A stretch of 41,188 bases of DNA. Source: a bacterium. GTDB lineage: Bacteria > JAGOBX01. Below are positions 1-8,351 of the stretch, one piece after another; position 1 is the first letter of the stretch; every line of letters begins with the position of its first letter. The notes beneath the pieces are model-generated. The model had not been told where the DNA came from, did not search any database, and was given only the letters and a program-made list of their open reading frames with translations. Position numbers and translations under genes: made by a program. The DNA is taken from the NCBI GenBank assembly GCA_036733285.1, contig DAINAU010000011.1, forward strand, positions 1-41,188, given 5' to 3'.

Positions 1-99
1 TCTTATTTATTTTTAATGACTTAGCTGATTTGACTTCTGGTTATGTGAAATTAAAACATAAGATAATTAAACTAATAAAAATTATTAACTTTTTCATAA

Positions 100-1941
100 T
101 TAATTTCCTCCTCTATGACCGATTGGGTCGCATAAAATTTGTCCTGTAAATGTAGTTGAAGAATTTTGAGGCGCTATCCTTCCGCATTGAGTAGCGGGAT
201 ATAAAAAAGATGATATATACGAACTGGCGCCCCATTTATTTACATTATGATCCTCCAGAGCATCCCCATAATTATTTGCTCCTTGAATTCTTCGATATAC
301 TCCGCGCCTCCATTGTAAATGAAAATTATCTTCCAAAACGTCGATTTTCCACCAGAATCTCTGCCATATAGGAATATTAACGGATTCGTAGGCATATTCC
401 ACTAATCCATCGCAGCGTAAGTGAGTAATTTGTCTATGCAAATCTTTATCATCTATACTTTCATCAGCTAAATGTGATAAAACACCTTGCCATCTAATAT
501 TTTCGGGTTTTAACACTACCATTTTAGTGTATTCAAAGTCTGAATAATTTTTTTGATTTCTTAATTCTATTTTTCTCATTCGCGCAAGGACTATTAACCG
601 GTTTTTATAACCCGCGTCATTATCCGGCAAATACTGAGCGTTTGTAAAACAGCCCCAGGGTCCAAGATTAATCAAACTGCTTAATTGATTAACTTGAAGC
701 GCGGGAACGCCGTTCATCATTTCCATAATGTCAAAATTATCGGCGTTTAATAAATCAAACAAATGGGCTTTGCTATTATATCTGTATGTCAAAGCCGCAT
801 GACCAAAATGCTGTGTTCCAGTTAAATTCAAATCTCTATACGCGGCATTTCCAAGACGAATCATTACGCAAGTGAGTTTAACAACGTCTTTAAGATTTCC
901 AAGAATACCCGTATATTGAAGTTGTATTTCAATATCTTTTTGAGAGGCGCTTTTTTTTACGCCTTCAATCCATATTGACGATGGTAATTTAGGATCGTTG
1001 ACGCTGAATTTTTTATTAATCCAGCCGTTTGCGCTGCCGCCTGATTTGTCTTTATTTTTCCAGAATTTAATTTTATCCGCTCCTTTTGTAACGGCGATTT
1101 TAATTTGTCCTCCAACTTTTTTTAAAAAAGGATGGATTATCAAATCTATTTTTGTTAAATTGTCTTCGTTGTTGGTTTTAGTTGATTTTGATAAATCCGG
1201 TTTTGGATTATCAATTCTATTTAAGTTATTAAAATTTACTCCGAATTTATTATCATTGTCCCAATTAACCAATACGCAGGCTCCTTCAAATTCTTCTTTG
1301 TCTTCATTAAGCGGGATAGAAGGATCGTATCCGCTGTTTCCGCTTAAATTTTCACCGTTATCAAGATCGCCGCCGCCGTTGTATATACGCAAATCTAAAA
1401 GCAAATCCGCAATTACATTCACATCCGCTCCGCGCAAAGGCGCGTCAACATTATCCGGACTTTTTAAATCTTTAACCTTTATTTCAACTCCGTCTTTAAG
1501 CTCGAGAAAAACTATATTTTTAGGATTGGTCAATTCTTTTCGTATCCCGCCGACAAACCTGTATCCGACTCCAGGCGTAGCTACGTTAGCGGAAAATTCT
1601 TCGGGTTTATTGTCATTAGAACCAACCATATCGTATAACGTAATTAAAAGAGGAAAAATTATTTCGGCGCCGGAAGATAATCCTTCCGTATGAATCACAA
1701 ATTTTGCTTCGCCGCCGCTTCCGAGAGCGGTATTTTTATATTTATTTAATCCCCAATCTTCCGCGCCTTTGGGTCCAATATTAATCGGAATAGCTTCAAG
1801 CGTTATGTTCACAATGCCGTCGTTATATATCGGCATCGTATTTTGAATTGATTTTACGGAAGATTTGGATTTAGAATTTTTTTGAATTGGCGCGCAATAT
1901 ATTTCAGAGTTTGAAAATAAAAAAACGGTTTGCAAAATCAT
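100..1941 (-). CDS. Secreted or exported hypothetical protein, 613 aa; function unknown
   Basis: Long uninterrupted minus-strand ORF with a hydrophobic N-terminus (MILQTVFLFSNSEIYCA) followed by a polar, Gly/Asn/Asp-rich mature part. I do not recognise a strong family signature. The nested plus-strand ORF 998-1693 is low-complexity and treated as spurious. Confidence 0.5.
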   Translation of the reverse strand: MILQTVFLFSNSEIYCAPIQKNSKSKSSVKSIQNTMPIYNDGIVNITLEAIPINIGPKGAEDWGLNKYKNTALGSGGEAKFVIHTEGLSSGAEIIFPLLITLYDMVGSNDNKPEEFSANVATPGVGYRFVGGIRKELTNPKNIVFLELKDGVEIKVKDLKSPDNVDAPLRGADVNVIADLLLDLRIYNGGGDLDNGENLSGNSGYDPSIPLNEDKEEFEGACVLVNWDNDNKFGVNFNNLNRIDNPKPDLSKSTKTNNEDNLTKIDLIIHPFLKKVGGQIKIAVTKGADKIKFWKNKDKSGGSANGWINKKFSVNDPKLPSSIWIEGVKKSASQKDIEIQLQYTGILGNLKDVVKLTCVMIRLGNAAYRDLNLTGTQHFGHAALTYRYNSKAHLFDLLNADNFDIMEMMNGVPALQVNQLSSLINLGPWGCFTNAQYLPDNDAGYKNRLIVLARMRKIELRNQKNYSDFEYTKMVVLKPENIRWQGVLSHLADESIDDKDLHRQITHLRCDGLVEYAYESVNIPIWQRFWWKIDVLEDNFHLQWRRGVYRRIQGANNYGDALEDHNVNKWGASSYISSFLYPATQCGRIAPQNSSTTFTGQILCDPIGHRGGN

Positions 1942-2163
1942 AAAGATAAGAATAACAGAATAAATCTTTTTTTTCTTATAAATCAGGAGAAAGAAAGAAA
2001 GATAGAAAGGCTCGGATGAACTGACATAATAATCACCATCCTAATAAAAAAATTTTGTTTAGAAACTCGCCTCAAACTAATAAAAAATGCAATAAAACGT
2101 TTACCCTAAAAATTTACTTTATTATAATAATTATTATTAGATTTTTGTCAAATTATTTTTTTC

Positions 2164-2191
2164 TTGACAAAAAATAAAAAAAAACTACAAT
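2164..2191 (+). promoter_or_regulatory. Sigma-70-like promoter for the ECF transporter operon (TTGACA, 16 nt spacer, TACAAT)
   Basis: TTGACA at 2164-2169 and TACAAT at 2186-2191, about 40 nt upstream of the ATG at 2233. The -35 hexamer lies inside an 8-bp inverted repeat, tttgtcaa (2144-2151) and ttgacaaa (2164-2171). Confidence 0.45.
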
Positions 2192-2192
2192 T

Positions 2193-2216
2193 ACATTTTA
2201 ATGAGCATTAAAATGT
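2193..2216 (+). promoter_or_regulatory. Perfect 11-bp inverted repeat (acattttaatg-ag-cattaaaatgt) overlapping the predicted +1; operator-like or a 5' leader hairpin
   Basis: Read directly from the sequence. It starts 2 nt after the TACAAT -10 box and ends 16 nt before the start codon of the S-component gene. Confidence 0.4.
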
Positions 2217-2232
2217 AAAAAAGGCGGGATTT

Positions 2233-2796
2233 ATGAAGTTGTCTAACACGCAAATTATTTGCGTCTGTATTTTCGCGGCTATGTGGAGCGCGGTGGAAAT
2301 CTTTCTCGGTTCTCTTTTGCATCAAATTCCGGGAAAACCAATACCAACCGCTATGGCAGCTATGATATTTGCTATACCTATTTTAACGTTATTATATGAA
2401 ATAACGCAAAACGTCGAAACTATAATTCTCGCAGGTTGCATAACTGCGATTTTAAAAGTCTTTTCTCCTGGAGGCGTAAAAATCACGCCTTTTGTTTCAA
2501 TATTGCTTGAAACCGGAATTTTTGCCGCAATTATTTTTGTCATTCCAGATACTTTTAAAAAATTAAAAATTTTTGCCGCTGGAATAGCCGCTTCGGTAGG
2601 CGGCTCGGTAATAGGCGGTTTATTCGGAGCCGTAATGTTCGGACTTTTCAATACTGAAACAAGAAATTATATTTTAATTTTGTTCGCTAAAAAATTCGGA
2701 ACCGGATTATTGGGCGGAATTATCGGCGCTTTGATAGCTGTTTCAATAATTTCGCGGTTAAATAGACATCCGCTTTTCAAAAATAGAGAAAAGTAA
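2233..2796 (+). CDS. ECF transporter substrate-specific (S) component, small polytopic membrane protein; substrate not assignable
   Basis: 187-aa, very hydrophobic protein with 5-6 predicted TM segments. It sits immediately upstream of a fused EcfA1A2 ATPase (start adjacent, 2797) and an EcfT-like gene, which is the typical group-I ECF module layout. Confidence 0.6.
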   Translation: MKLSNTQIICVCIFAAMWSAVEIFLGSLLHQIPGKPIPTAMAAMIFAIPILTLLYEITQNVETIILAGCITAILKVFSPGGVKITPFVSILLETGIFAAIIFVIPDTFKKLKIFAAGIAASVGGSVIGGLFGAVMFGLFNTETRNYILILFAKKFGTGLLGGIIGALIAVSIISRLNRHPLFKNREK

Positions 2797-4107
2797 ATGA
2801 TTGATATAACGGATTTATTTTTAAAATACGATAACAGAATTATTTTTAATCAATTAAATTTGAAAATCAAAGCCGGAGAAATTATCGTTGTATGCGGTCA
2901 ATCCGGTTCCGGTAAATCGAGTTTTTTAAACTGCGTCGCCGGAGTTATACCGGAAATAATTAAAGCCGATATCTCGGGTAAAATAAATAAATCCTGCGAT
3001 ATTTCTATGGTTATTCAAAACCCTCACAATTCCTCGTTCGGAGATAACGTCGTTGAAGAACTTGCTTTTTATTTTGAGAATAAAGGTATGAAGCCCGACG
3101 ATATTTTTGATATTATATATCCGTTGGCTGAAGAATATAAAATTCATAAACTGTTATTAAAAGATTTAAACAAAATTTCCGCCGGACAAAAGCAAAGAAC
3201 CTCGATTGTTTCCTGTTTGTCTCAAAACAATAAAATTGTGATTATGGACGAACCTTTTACTCTGCTCGATAATTTCGGCAAATCGGAACTTATAAAATTT
3301 ATAAAAAAACTAAAACAGGAAGGCGCGGCTATAATCATATCCGAACATAACATTTCTTATATAGAAGATTTATTCGACAAGCTGATATACTTTAACGGAA
3401 AAACCGAAATATATGATAGAACAAGTTTTAAAACCAATAAAGAAAATCTTGAAAAAAAAATCAGAACGAAAAATTTTTCTATAAACGGCGGAAAACAATA
3501 TAGTTCAAGAGATACATCGTTAAATATTTCTAATTTGTCGTATAAAATCAACGGACAAATTTTATTTGATAATGTAAATCTCGAAATTCACAAATCAAAC
3601 ATAATCGGATTAACCGGAGAAAACGGAAGCGGAAAAACCACTTTGTTAAAAATGTTTGCGGGAATGAGCAACGGTTACAAAGGCAAAATAAAAAAAGATA
3701 AAAAAATTTGTTATATCGATCAAGACCCTGATAAATTAATTTACGCGGAAACCGTTGAAAACGAAATTAATTTTGAAAACAAATATTCAAAAAAAAACGC
3801 TACGGACATTATGAATAAACTTGGAATCGAACATTTAAAAGACAGGAATCCGCTTGATTTGAGCGTTGGAGAAAAACATAGAGTATCGCTTGCGGCCGGT
3901 TTAATAAACGAACCCGATATTTTATTGATTGACGAACCCGCCGCGGGTCTTGATAAAGAAAATTTAGAACGGTATTTTTCAGTCATCGAAGATTACGCGG
4001 AAATCAGAGGCAAAACCGTCATTACCGCGTTAACCGATTATGAACTTGCCGAGAGATATTGTTCGCGAATATATAAAATAGAAAATAAAAAAATAATGTT
4101 AGCTTAA
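2797..4107 (+). CDS. ecfA: Energy-coupling-factor ABC transporter ATP-binding protein, duplicated (EcfA1-EcfA2 fusion)
   Basis: Two nucleotide-binding domains, each with a Walker A (GQSGSGKSS; GENGSGKTT), an ABC signature (SAGQKQR; SVGEKHR) and a Walker B (IVIMDEP; LLIDEP). The start codon directly follows the S-component stop. Confidence 0.85.
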   Translation: MIDITDLFLKYDNRIIFNQLNLKIKAGEIIVVCGQSGSGKSSFLNCVAGVIPEIIKADISGKINKSCDISMVIQNPHNSSFGDNVVEELAFYFENKGMKPDDIFDIIYPLAEEYKIHKLLLKDLNKISAGQKQRTSIVSCLSQNNKIVIMDEPFTLLDNFGKSELIKFIKKLKQEGAAIIISEHNISYIEDLFDKLIYFNGKTEIYDRTSFKTNKENLEKKIRTKNFSINGGKQYSSRDTSLNISNLSYKINGQILFDNVNLEIHKSNIIGLTGENGSGKTTLLKMFAGMSNGYKGKIKKDKKICYIDQDPDKLIYAETVENEINFENKYSKKNATDIMNKLGIEHLKDRNPLDLSVGEKHRVSLAAGLINEPDILLIDEPAAGLDKENLERYFSVIEDYAEIRGKTVITALTDYELAERYCSRIYKIENKKIMLA

Positions 4108-4149
4108 AAATTTAAATCTGATAATACGTTATAAATTTAAAAAAATATT

Positions 4150-4806
4150 ATGAGCGCAAAATTTTCAAACGATAAATTTTTTATTTTTAAATCCATAATT
4201 GTTATAGCCGCGTCTATAGCGGTTTCGTTTATTGGAAATTTATATATTCTTGTCGGAATTTTAGTTGCATTATCAGCGATTTATAAAGTAGCCGGTTTAA
4301 GTTTTAAAATTTTTTTGGCGGACGTCAGAATTATTTTATTTATATTTATTTTAAGTTTGATTTTCCTTATTTTTTTTAAATATATAAATATTCGCGAATT
4401 AATTATAATCAGCTTAAGAATGGCGGCTCTGCTTTCAATTTTTTCTTTATTCATAAGAACGACGCATATTAACAATCTTATAAATTTTATGAGAAAATTC
4501 TGCGGACAACGCATAGTTTTCGCGTTATGCGCAAGTTTAAAATTTCTACCTCTATTAGCGAACGAAATGAAAGATATATATTATATCCAAAAAAACAGGG
4601 GAGTAAAATTACGATTTAAAAATTTTATTAACGGCTCATATTTTTTAAGTCTAATAATTCCGTTTATAATCGTAAGTTTAAAGATTATCGGGAATTTGAT
4701 TTTAACCGCGCATATCAAAAAACTTGATTTTTCCAAAAAACGGTCGAGCATTTATGAAAGCGGCAAACTAAAAAATTTAGCGCTGGAGGTGAAAGAAACT
4801 TTATAA
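4150..4806 (+). CDS. ecfT: ECF transporter transmembrane (T) component, EcfT/CbiQ-like
   Basis: 218-aa polytopic membrane protein immediately downstream of the ATPase; position and hydrophobicity fit EcfT. Confidence 0.6.
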   Translation: MSAKFSNDKFFIFKSIIVIAASIAVSFIGNLYILVGILVALSAIYKVAGLSFKIFLADVRIILFIFILSLIFLIFFKYINIRELIIISLRMAALLSIFSLFIRTTHINNLINFMRKFCGQRIVFALCASLKFLPLLANEMKDIYYIQKNRGVKLRFKNFINGSYFLSLIIPFIIVSLKIIGNLILTAHIKKLDFSKKRSSIYESGKLKNLALEVKETL

Positions 4807-4843
4807 AAAAAATGTGACTATTCAGCAAAAAAATAAATCAACA

Positions 4844-4883
4844 AAACCTATTTGCGAATTTGCGCAAATTCGCAAATAGGTTT
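4844..4883. repeat. 40-bp perfect palindrome with zero spacer (aaacctatttgcgaatttgc|gcaaattcgcaaataggttt)
   Basis: Checked base by base: 20 + 20 nt are perfectly complementary and centred between 4863 and 4864. It lies 38 bp downstream of the ecfT stop. No T-tract follows, so it is not a classical intrinsic terminator. Confidence 0.9.
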
Positions 4884-5006
4884 GTAATTCATAAGCAGGA
4901 GAAACGGAAGAAGTTTCTGATTATCAAGAATATTTTTGCTCAATAACAAGATTATTTGTAACATTTTAGTTGTTTGAATTAGCGTTCATAAAAAAATTAA
5001 AAATAT

Positions 5007-5160
5007 CGACCCTGAATGGGTCGAATTTAAAATTGTATTAAAATTCAACCCTTTCAGGGTTGGTAAGTTTGGTTTTTAGTTTTTTTGCGCCGCAGGTTTT
5101 CCTGCGCTCCGCGCAGTCTACCTGCGGTTATTTAAAATTCAACCGCTTTCGCGGTTGGGG
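5007..5160 (+). repeat. Repeat family A copy 1: roughly 150-bp intergenic element made of five consecutive short GC-stem hairpins (REP/MITE-like)
   Basis: Hairpins: cgaccc-tgaat-gggtcg; caaccct-ttc-agggttg; cgcagg-tttt-cctgcg; gcgcag-tctac-ctgcg; caaccgc-ttt-gcggttg. The reverse complement of 14313-14462 aligns over the whole length at roughly 85% identity. Confidence 0.85.
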
Positions 5161-5180
5161 ATTTTCTTAAAAATTGATTT

Positions 5181-5362
5181 AACCCGGATAATGCATTATA
5201 CATAAAGTGAAGTTTTTCAAAACATAAATGTATGCTTGTTAAAACTTCTAAAAACCCGAAAACTATTTGGTATGTTTTTAAGATTTTGAAAAATTGTCGA
5301 GAGCAAGTATTCTATAAGGTTTTCCCAATTTTTCAAAATCCTAACGCAGTTTCGGGTTTAAT
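5181..5362 (+). repeat. Repeat family B copy 1: structured element with nested perfect inverted repeats, in the 5' leader of the TonB-dependent receptor gene
   Basis: Homologous to 22478-22706 in the same orientation. Shared conserved blocks include ggataatgcatta, tgaagtttttcaaaacata, ttaaaacttctaaaaacccgaaaact, attttgaaaaattgtc, caagtattctat, caatttttcaaaatcct and gcagttttcgggtttaa. The outer helix (aaacccgaaaact / agttttcgggttt) and the inner helix (attttgaaaaattg / caatttttcaaaat) are both perfect. Confidence 0.8.
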
Positions 5363-5466
5363 GAACTGCTTCAAAAAATTAAAAAATCGCGAATATTTTT
5401 AATAAAGACGCTAAGAAGGCGGCTGAATAGTAATAAAATTCATTTATTAAAAGGAGATGTTTTAAG

Positions 5467-7482
5467 ATGAGAAAATTATTTTTATTTCTGGTTATATCGG
5501 TATTTAGCGGTATAATTTTTTTCAATAGGGTTAACGCCGACGAAAACAAATCAAACGTATTCAGTCTAGGAGAAATACTTGTTACCGGCGAAAAAATTCA
5601 AGCTCCGGTTCCATACAGCGTTTCAGAAATTTACCTTGACGAGTTCGCTAATTTTCAGCCGAGAAGCGTGGGCGAAATAATGGATTCAATCGAAGGCGTC
5701 GATATAAAATACGGCGGAAAAAATCAATTATATATTTATATACGCGGTTACGAACAACAAGCGGTAAAAGTTCTAATCGACGGAGTTCCAATGCACGAAC
5801 CTTATTTCGGTTTAATTGATTTGAGTATGATACCAATTGACAGCATCGCCAAAATTCAGGTTATTAAAGGCGCGTCATCAGTATTATACGGAGCAAACAC
5901 AATGGCTGGCATAGTAAATATTATCACAAAAAAATATGCCGGCGGTTTAAAAAATAACGCTGAAATATCGTTCGGAACCAACGGTTTAAAAAATTATAAG
6001 TATAACCGTTCTGATAAAATTGGGAAATTTGATTATTTTGTTTCTCTCTCAACGGTCAGGTTTGACGGATACAGACTCTCGTCGGATTTTGACCCTGCAA
6101 ATACTTTAACAGGATTAACAAGCTCTTACAGAGAAAACGGCGGTTCTCGCAATAACAGTTGGTATGAGAATAATAATCTTGGATTGAAATTTGGTTATAA
6201 AGTTTCAGATAAAACCCAGTTATATTTACTGGCAAATTTTGTAGACGCAGAGAGAGGATGTCCGATTGAAGCCAATAGAGCGTGGACTTTTAACAAATGG
6301 AAACAATGGGATATCAGTTTTATAAATACTCATAAAATCAACGATAAAATTAATCTAAAATTTCAAACGTTTTATGTCGACCATACGGACGAACTCGAAG
6401 ATGATACCGCTTTAACAGTTGTCGCTTATAACTCAAAAAGCTGGTTTGACAAATCCAAATATGAAGATTATTCTATAGGCGTAAACGCGCTTTCGGATAT
6501 TGTTATCAATGAAAACAACAAATTAAGTTTAGGACTCAATTATTTAAAAGACAATAATCATCAATTTGAAGTTAATACAAAAAAAGGAAATGGCAGTTTA
6601 GAATTTCCTGCTTTAAAAAATAAATGGCGCGACGCCGGCGAATACGTCAGCAATCTTTATTCGGCGGCTTTAGAATACCAGTTTAATATTAATAAATTAA
6701 GATTGCAATCCGGTATTTCATACGATTATTTTGAACCCGAAAGTTCGGAAAATGATACTTTGACGCAAAAAACCCTTGGCACAAAAAGTCCGGAATCAAC
6801 CGACGAAGTTAATTCGATGCTGAGCGCAACGTATTTATTTTCCGACAATTTTAACGTTTTTGCCGGGATAAGTAAAAAAAGCAGATTCCCCCGTCTTAAA
6901 GAATTATATAGCGTTCACGCAGGCGGTAATCCCGAATTAAAAACTGAAAAAACTACGGCAACTGAGCTTGGAGTAAATTATGCAAGAAATAAATTAAAAA
7001 CTAACGCCTCTATATTTTACGATAATATGAAAGATTACATTCAGACTAACGCTAATAAAGAATATGAAAATGCCGGAAAAACCAAAATCAAAGGATTTGA
7101 AAGCTCGGCTTCATATTTTTTAAATGAAAAAGATTATTTAAAAATTAATTATACATATCTAAGTATTAAAAATAAAATCACCGGACAAATACTTACCGGC
7201 AGACCCAAACACAAATTTTACGCCGGCGTTTCAAAACGTATATGGTATGATATTAATACTTTTTCATATATTAATTATACCGGCGAACAATATCTTTCAA
7301 CCGGAAAAATCGGCGGATTCACTTTATATAATTTAAATTTATCAAAACAGTTTCAATTAAAGGAGAAAGCGGATTTTGAATTGTTTCTAAATGTTAAAAA
7401 TATTTTTGATAAGAATTATACTGAAGGAAGCGGACCCGGCGAAGGCAGAAGTATTCTCGGCGGAGTAAAAGCTTTATTCTAA
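5467..7482 (+). CDS. TonB-dependent outer-membrane receptor (plug + 22-strand barrel), substrate unknown
   Basis: Signal peptide, an N-terminal TonB-box-like segment (GEILVTGEK), a plug domain, a long beta-rich region and a C-terminal aromatic residue (…GVKALF). A good RBS (aaaggag) precedes the ATG. Confidence 0.85.
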   Translation: MRKLFLFLVISVFSGIIFFNRVNADENKSNVFSLGEILVTGEKIQAPVPYSVSEIYLDEFANFQPRSVGEIMDSIEGVDIKYGGKNQLYIYIRGYEQQAVKVLIDGVPMHEPYFGLIDLSMIPIDSIAKIQVIKGASSVLYGANTMAGIVNIITKKYAGGLKNNAEISFGTNGLKNYKYNRSDKIGKFDYFVSLSTVRFDGYRLSSDFDPANTLTGLTSSYRENGGSRNNSWYENNNLGLKFGYKVSDKTQLYLLANFVDAERGCPIEANRAWTFNKWKQWDISFINTHKINDKINLKFQTFYVDHTDELEDDTALTVVAYNSKSWFDKSKYEDYSIGVNALSDIVINENNKLSLGLNYLKDNNHQFEVNTKKGNGSLEFPALKNKWRDAGEYVSNLYSAALEYQFNINKLRLQSGISYDYFEPESSENDTLTQKTLGTKSPESTDEVNSMLSATYLFSDNFNVFAGISKKSRFPRLKELYSVHAGGNPELKTEKTTATELGVNYARNKLKTNASIFYDNMKDYIQTNANKEYENAGKTKIKGFESSASYFLNEKDYLKINYTYLSIKNKITGQILTGRPKHKFYAGVSKRIWYDINTFSYINYTGEQYLSTGKIGGFTLYNLNLSKQFQLKEKADFELFLNVKNIFDKNYTEGSGPGEGRSILGGVKALF

Positions 7483-7552
7483 AAGATAAACAAATTATCA
7501 ATAGTCCTTTTAGATTACGGCGTTTAAAATAGATTCGTTATATTCGATAGGT

Positions 7553-7582
7553 TCGCGGGAGGAATTTTTTCCCGCAAAATTT
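7553..7582. terminator. GC-stem hairpin (gcggga-ggaatttttt-tcccgc) downstream of the TonB receptor gene; possible terminator
   Basis: A 6-bp GC-rich stem read directly. The flanking T/A tracts are not ideal, so assignment as a terminator is tentative. Confidence 0.35.
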
Positions 7583-7739
7583 CGAGGTTAATACATTATT
7601 ATACAGTTTCGACATAAAAATTGAATTTCAATACCTCTTTACTTATGTTTTTAGCAGCCTTTTTCAATCATTTTATAATATGATTTTTTTAGTTATTGAT
7701 ATATTATCATAAAATTATTTTATAAAGAGTTTTACAGAT

Positions 7740-8306
7740 ATGAATCCGAAACGCAAATTATGGAATGAAAAATTCTCGGATAAAAAAAAATATGTTTATG
7801 AACCTATAGCATTCATAAAAAACAATTGCTCAATATTAAAAAAAAACAGACTTCTTGATATCGCGTGCGGATACGGAAAAAACGGCGTTTTTCTCGCTGA
7901 AAACGGATTTAATGTTACCGGCATCGATATTTCTGATAAAGCGTTGCAGGTGTTTCGCAATGAAATTAGCGCGCGAAACTTAAATATAAAACTTGCGCAA
8001 TTGGAAGCCCGAGGTTTTGCTGAAACATTAAAACCTGAAATATTCGACAGCATTTTAATTTCAAGATTTAAACCCGACAATTTCTTAATAAACAAAATAT
8101 ATGACGCGTTGACAGTTGACGGAATTTTTATGTTAGTATCTTTTAATCTGAAGCATAATGAAGTAAATCCGCAGCCGAACCCAGAAAAATGTTTTTTAAA
8201 AGAAAAGGAATTCATAGATTCGCATCCGGGATTGCAAATTCAGATTTATGAAGAATTCCAATTTTCAGGCGGATTTTATAACGGATACGCGTTTAAAAAA
8301 ATTTGA
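7740..8306 (+). CDS. Class I SAM-dependent methyltransferase, TehB-like
   Basis: Motif I, LDIACGYGKNGVFLAENGFNVTGIDIS, closely follows the TehB/small-molecule methyltransferase glycine-rich SAM-binding motif; size 188 aa. Confidence 0.7.
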   Translation: MNPKRKLWNEKFSDKKKYVYEPIAFIKNNCSILKKNRLLDIACGYGKNGVFLAENGFNVTGIDISDKALQVFRNEISARNLNIKLAQLEARGFAETLKPEIFDSILISRFKPDNFLINKIYDALTVDGIFMLVSFNLKHNEVNPQPNPEKCFLKEKEFIDSHPGLQIQIYEEFQFSGGFYNGYAFKKI

Positions 8307-8351
8307 CTTATTAAAAAACTAAATAAACATACATTTTTAAGGAGATATGCA

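Noticed and set aside
998-1693. 231-aa plus-strand ORF nested inside the 613-aa minus-strand gene
   Set aside because: Ser/Leu/Pro-rich low-complexity translation on the opposite strand of a better ORF, with no motif. Treated as an antisense artefact.
100-1941. Possible protein-arginine deiminase (PAD)-like domain in the 613-aa secreted protein
   Set aside because: The only resemblance is a short GPWGCFTNA segment against the PAD active-site GEVHCGTNV. The other catalytic residues do not line up and the cysteine is not near the C-terminus as in PADs. The resemblance is too weak to call.
2322-4514. Short minus-strand ORFs (2322-2651, 2926-3147, 3357-3551, 3741-3986, 4281-4514) inside the ECF transporter genes
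   Set aside because: All are embedded antisense to well-supported genes, and AT-rich sequence generates such ORFs by chance.
5161-5466. Cobalamin or TPP riboswitch upstream of the TonB-dependent receptor, given the neighbouring ECF vitamin transporter
   Set aside because: No B12-box (AGYCMGgAgaCCkGCc-like) or TPP (CUGAGA … ACCUGAUCUGGAUAAUGCCAGCG) signature is present. The conserved structure there is the family-B repeat instead.
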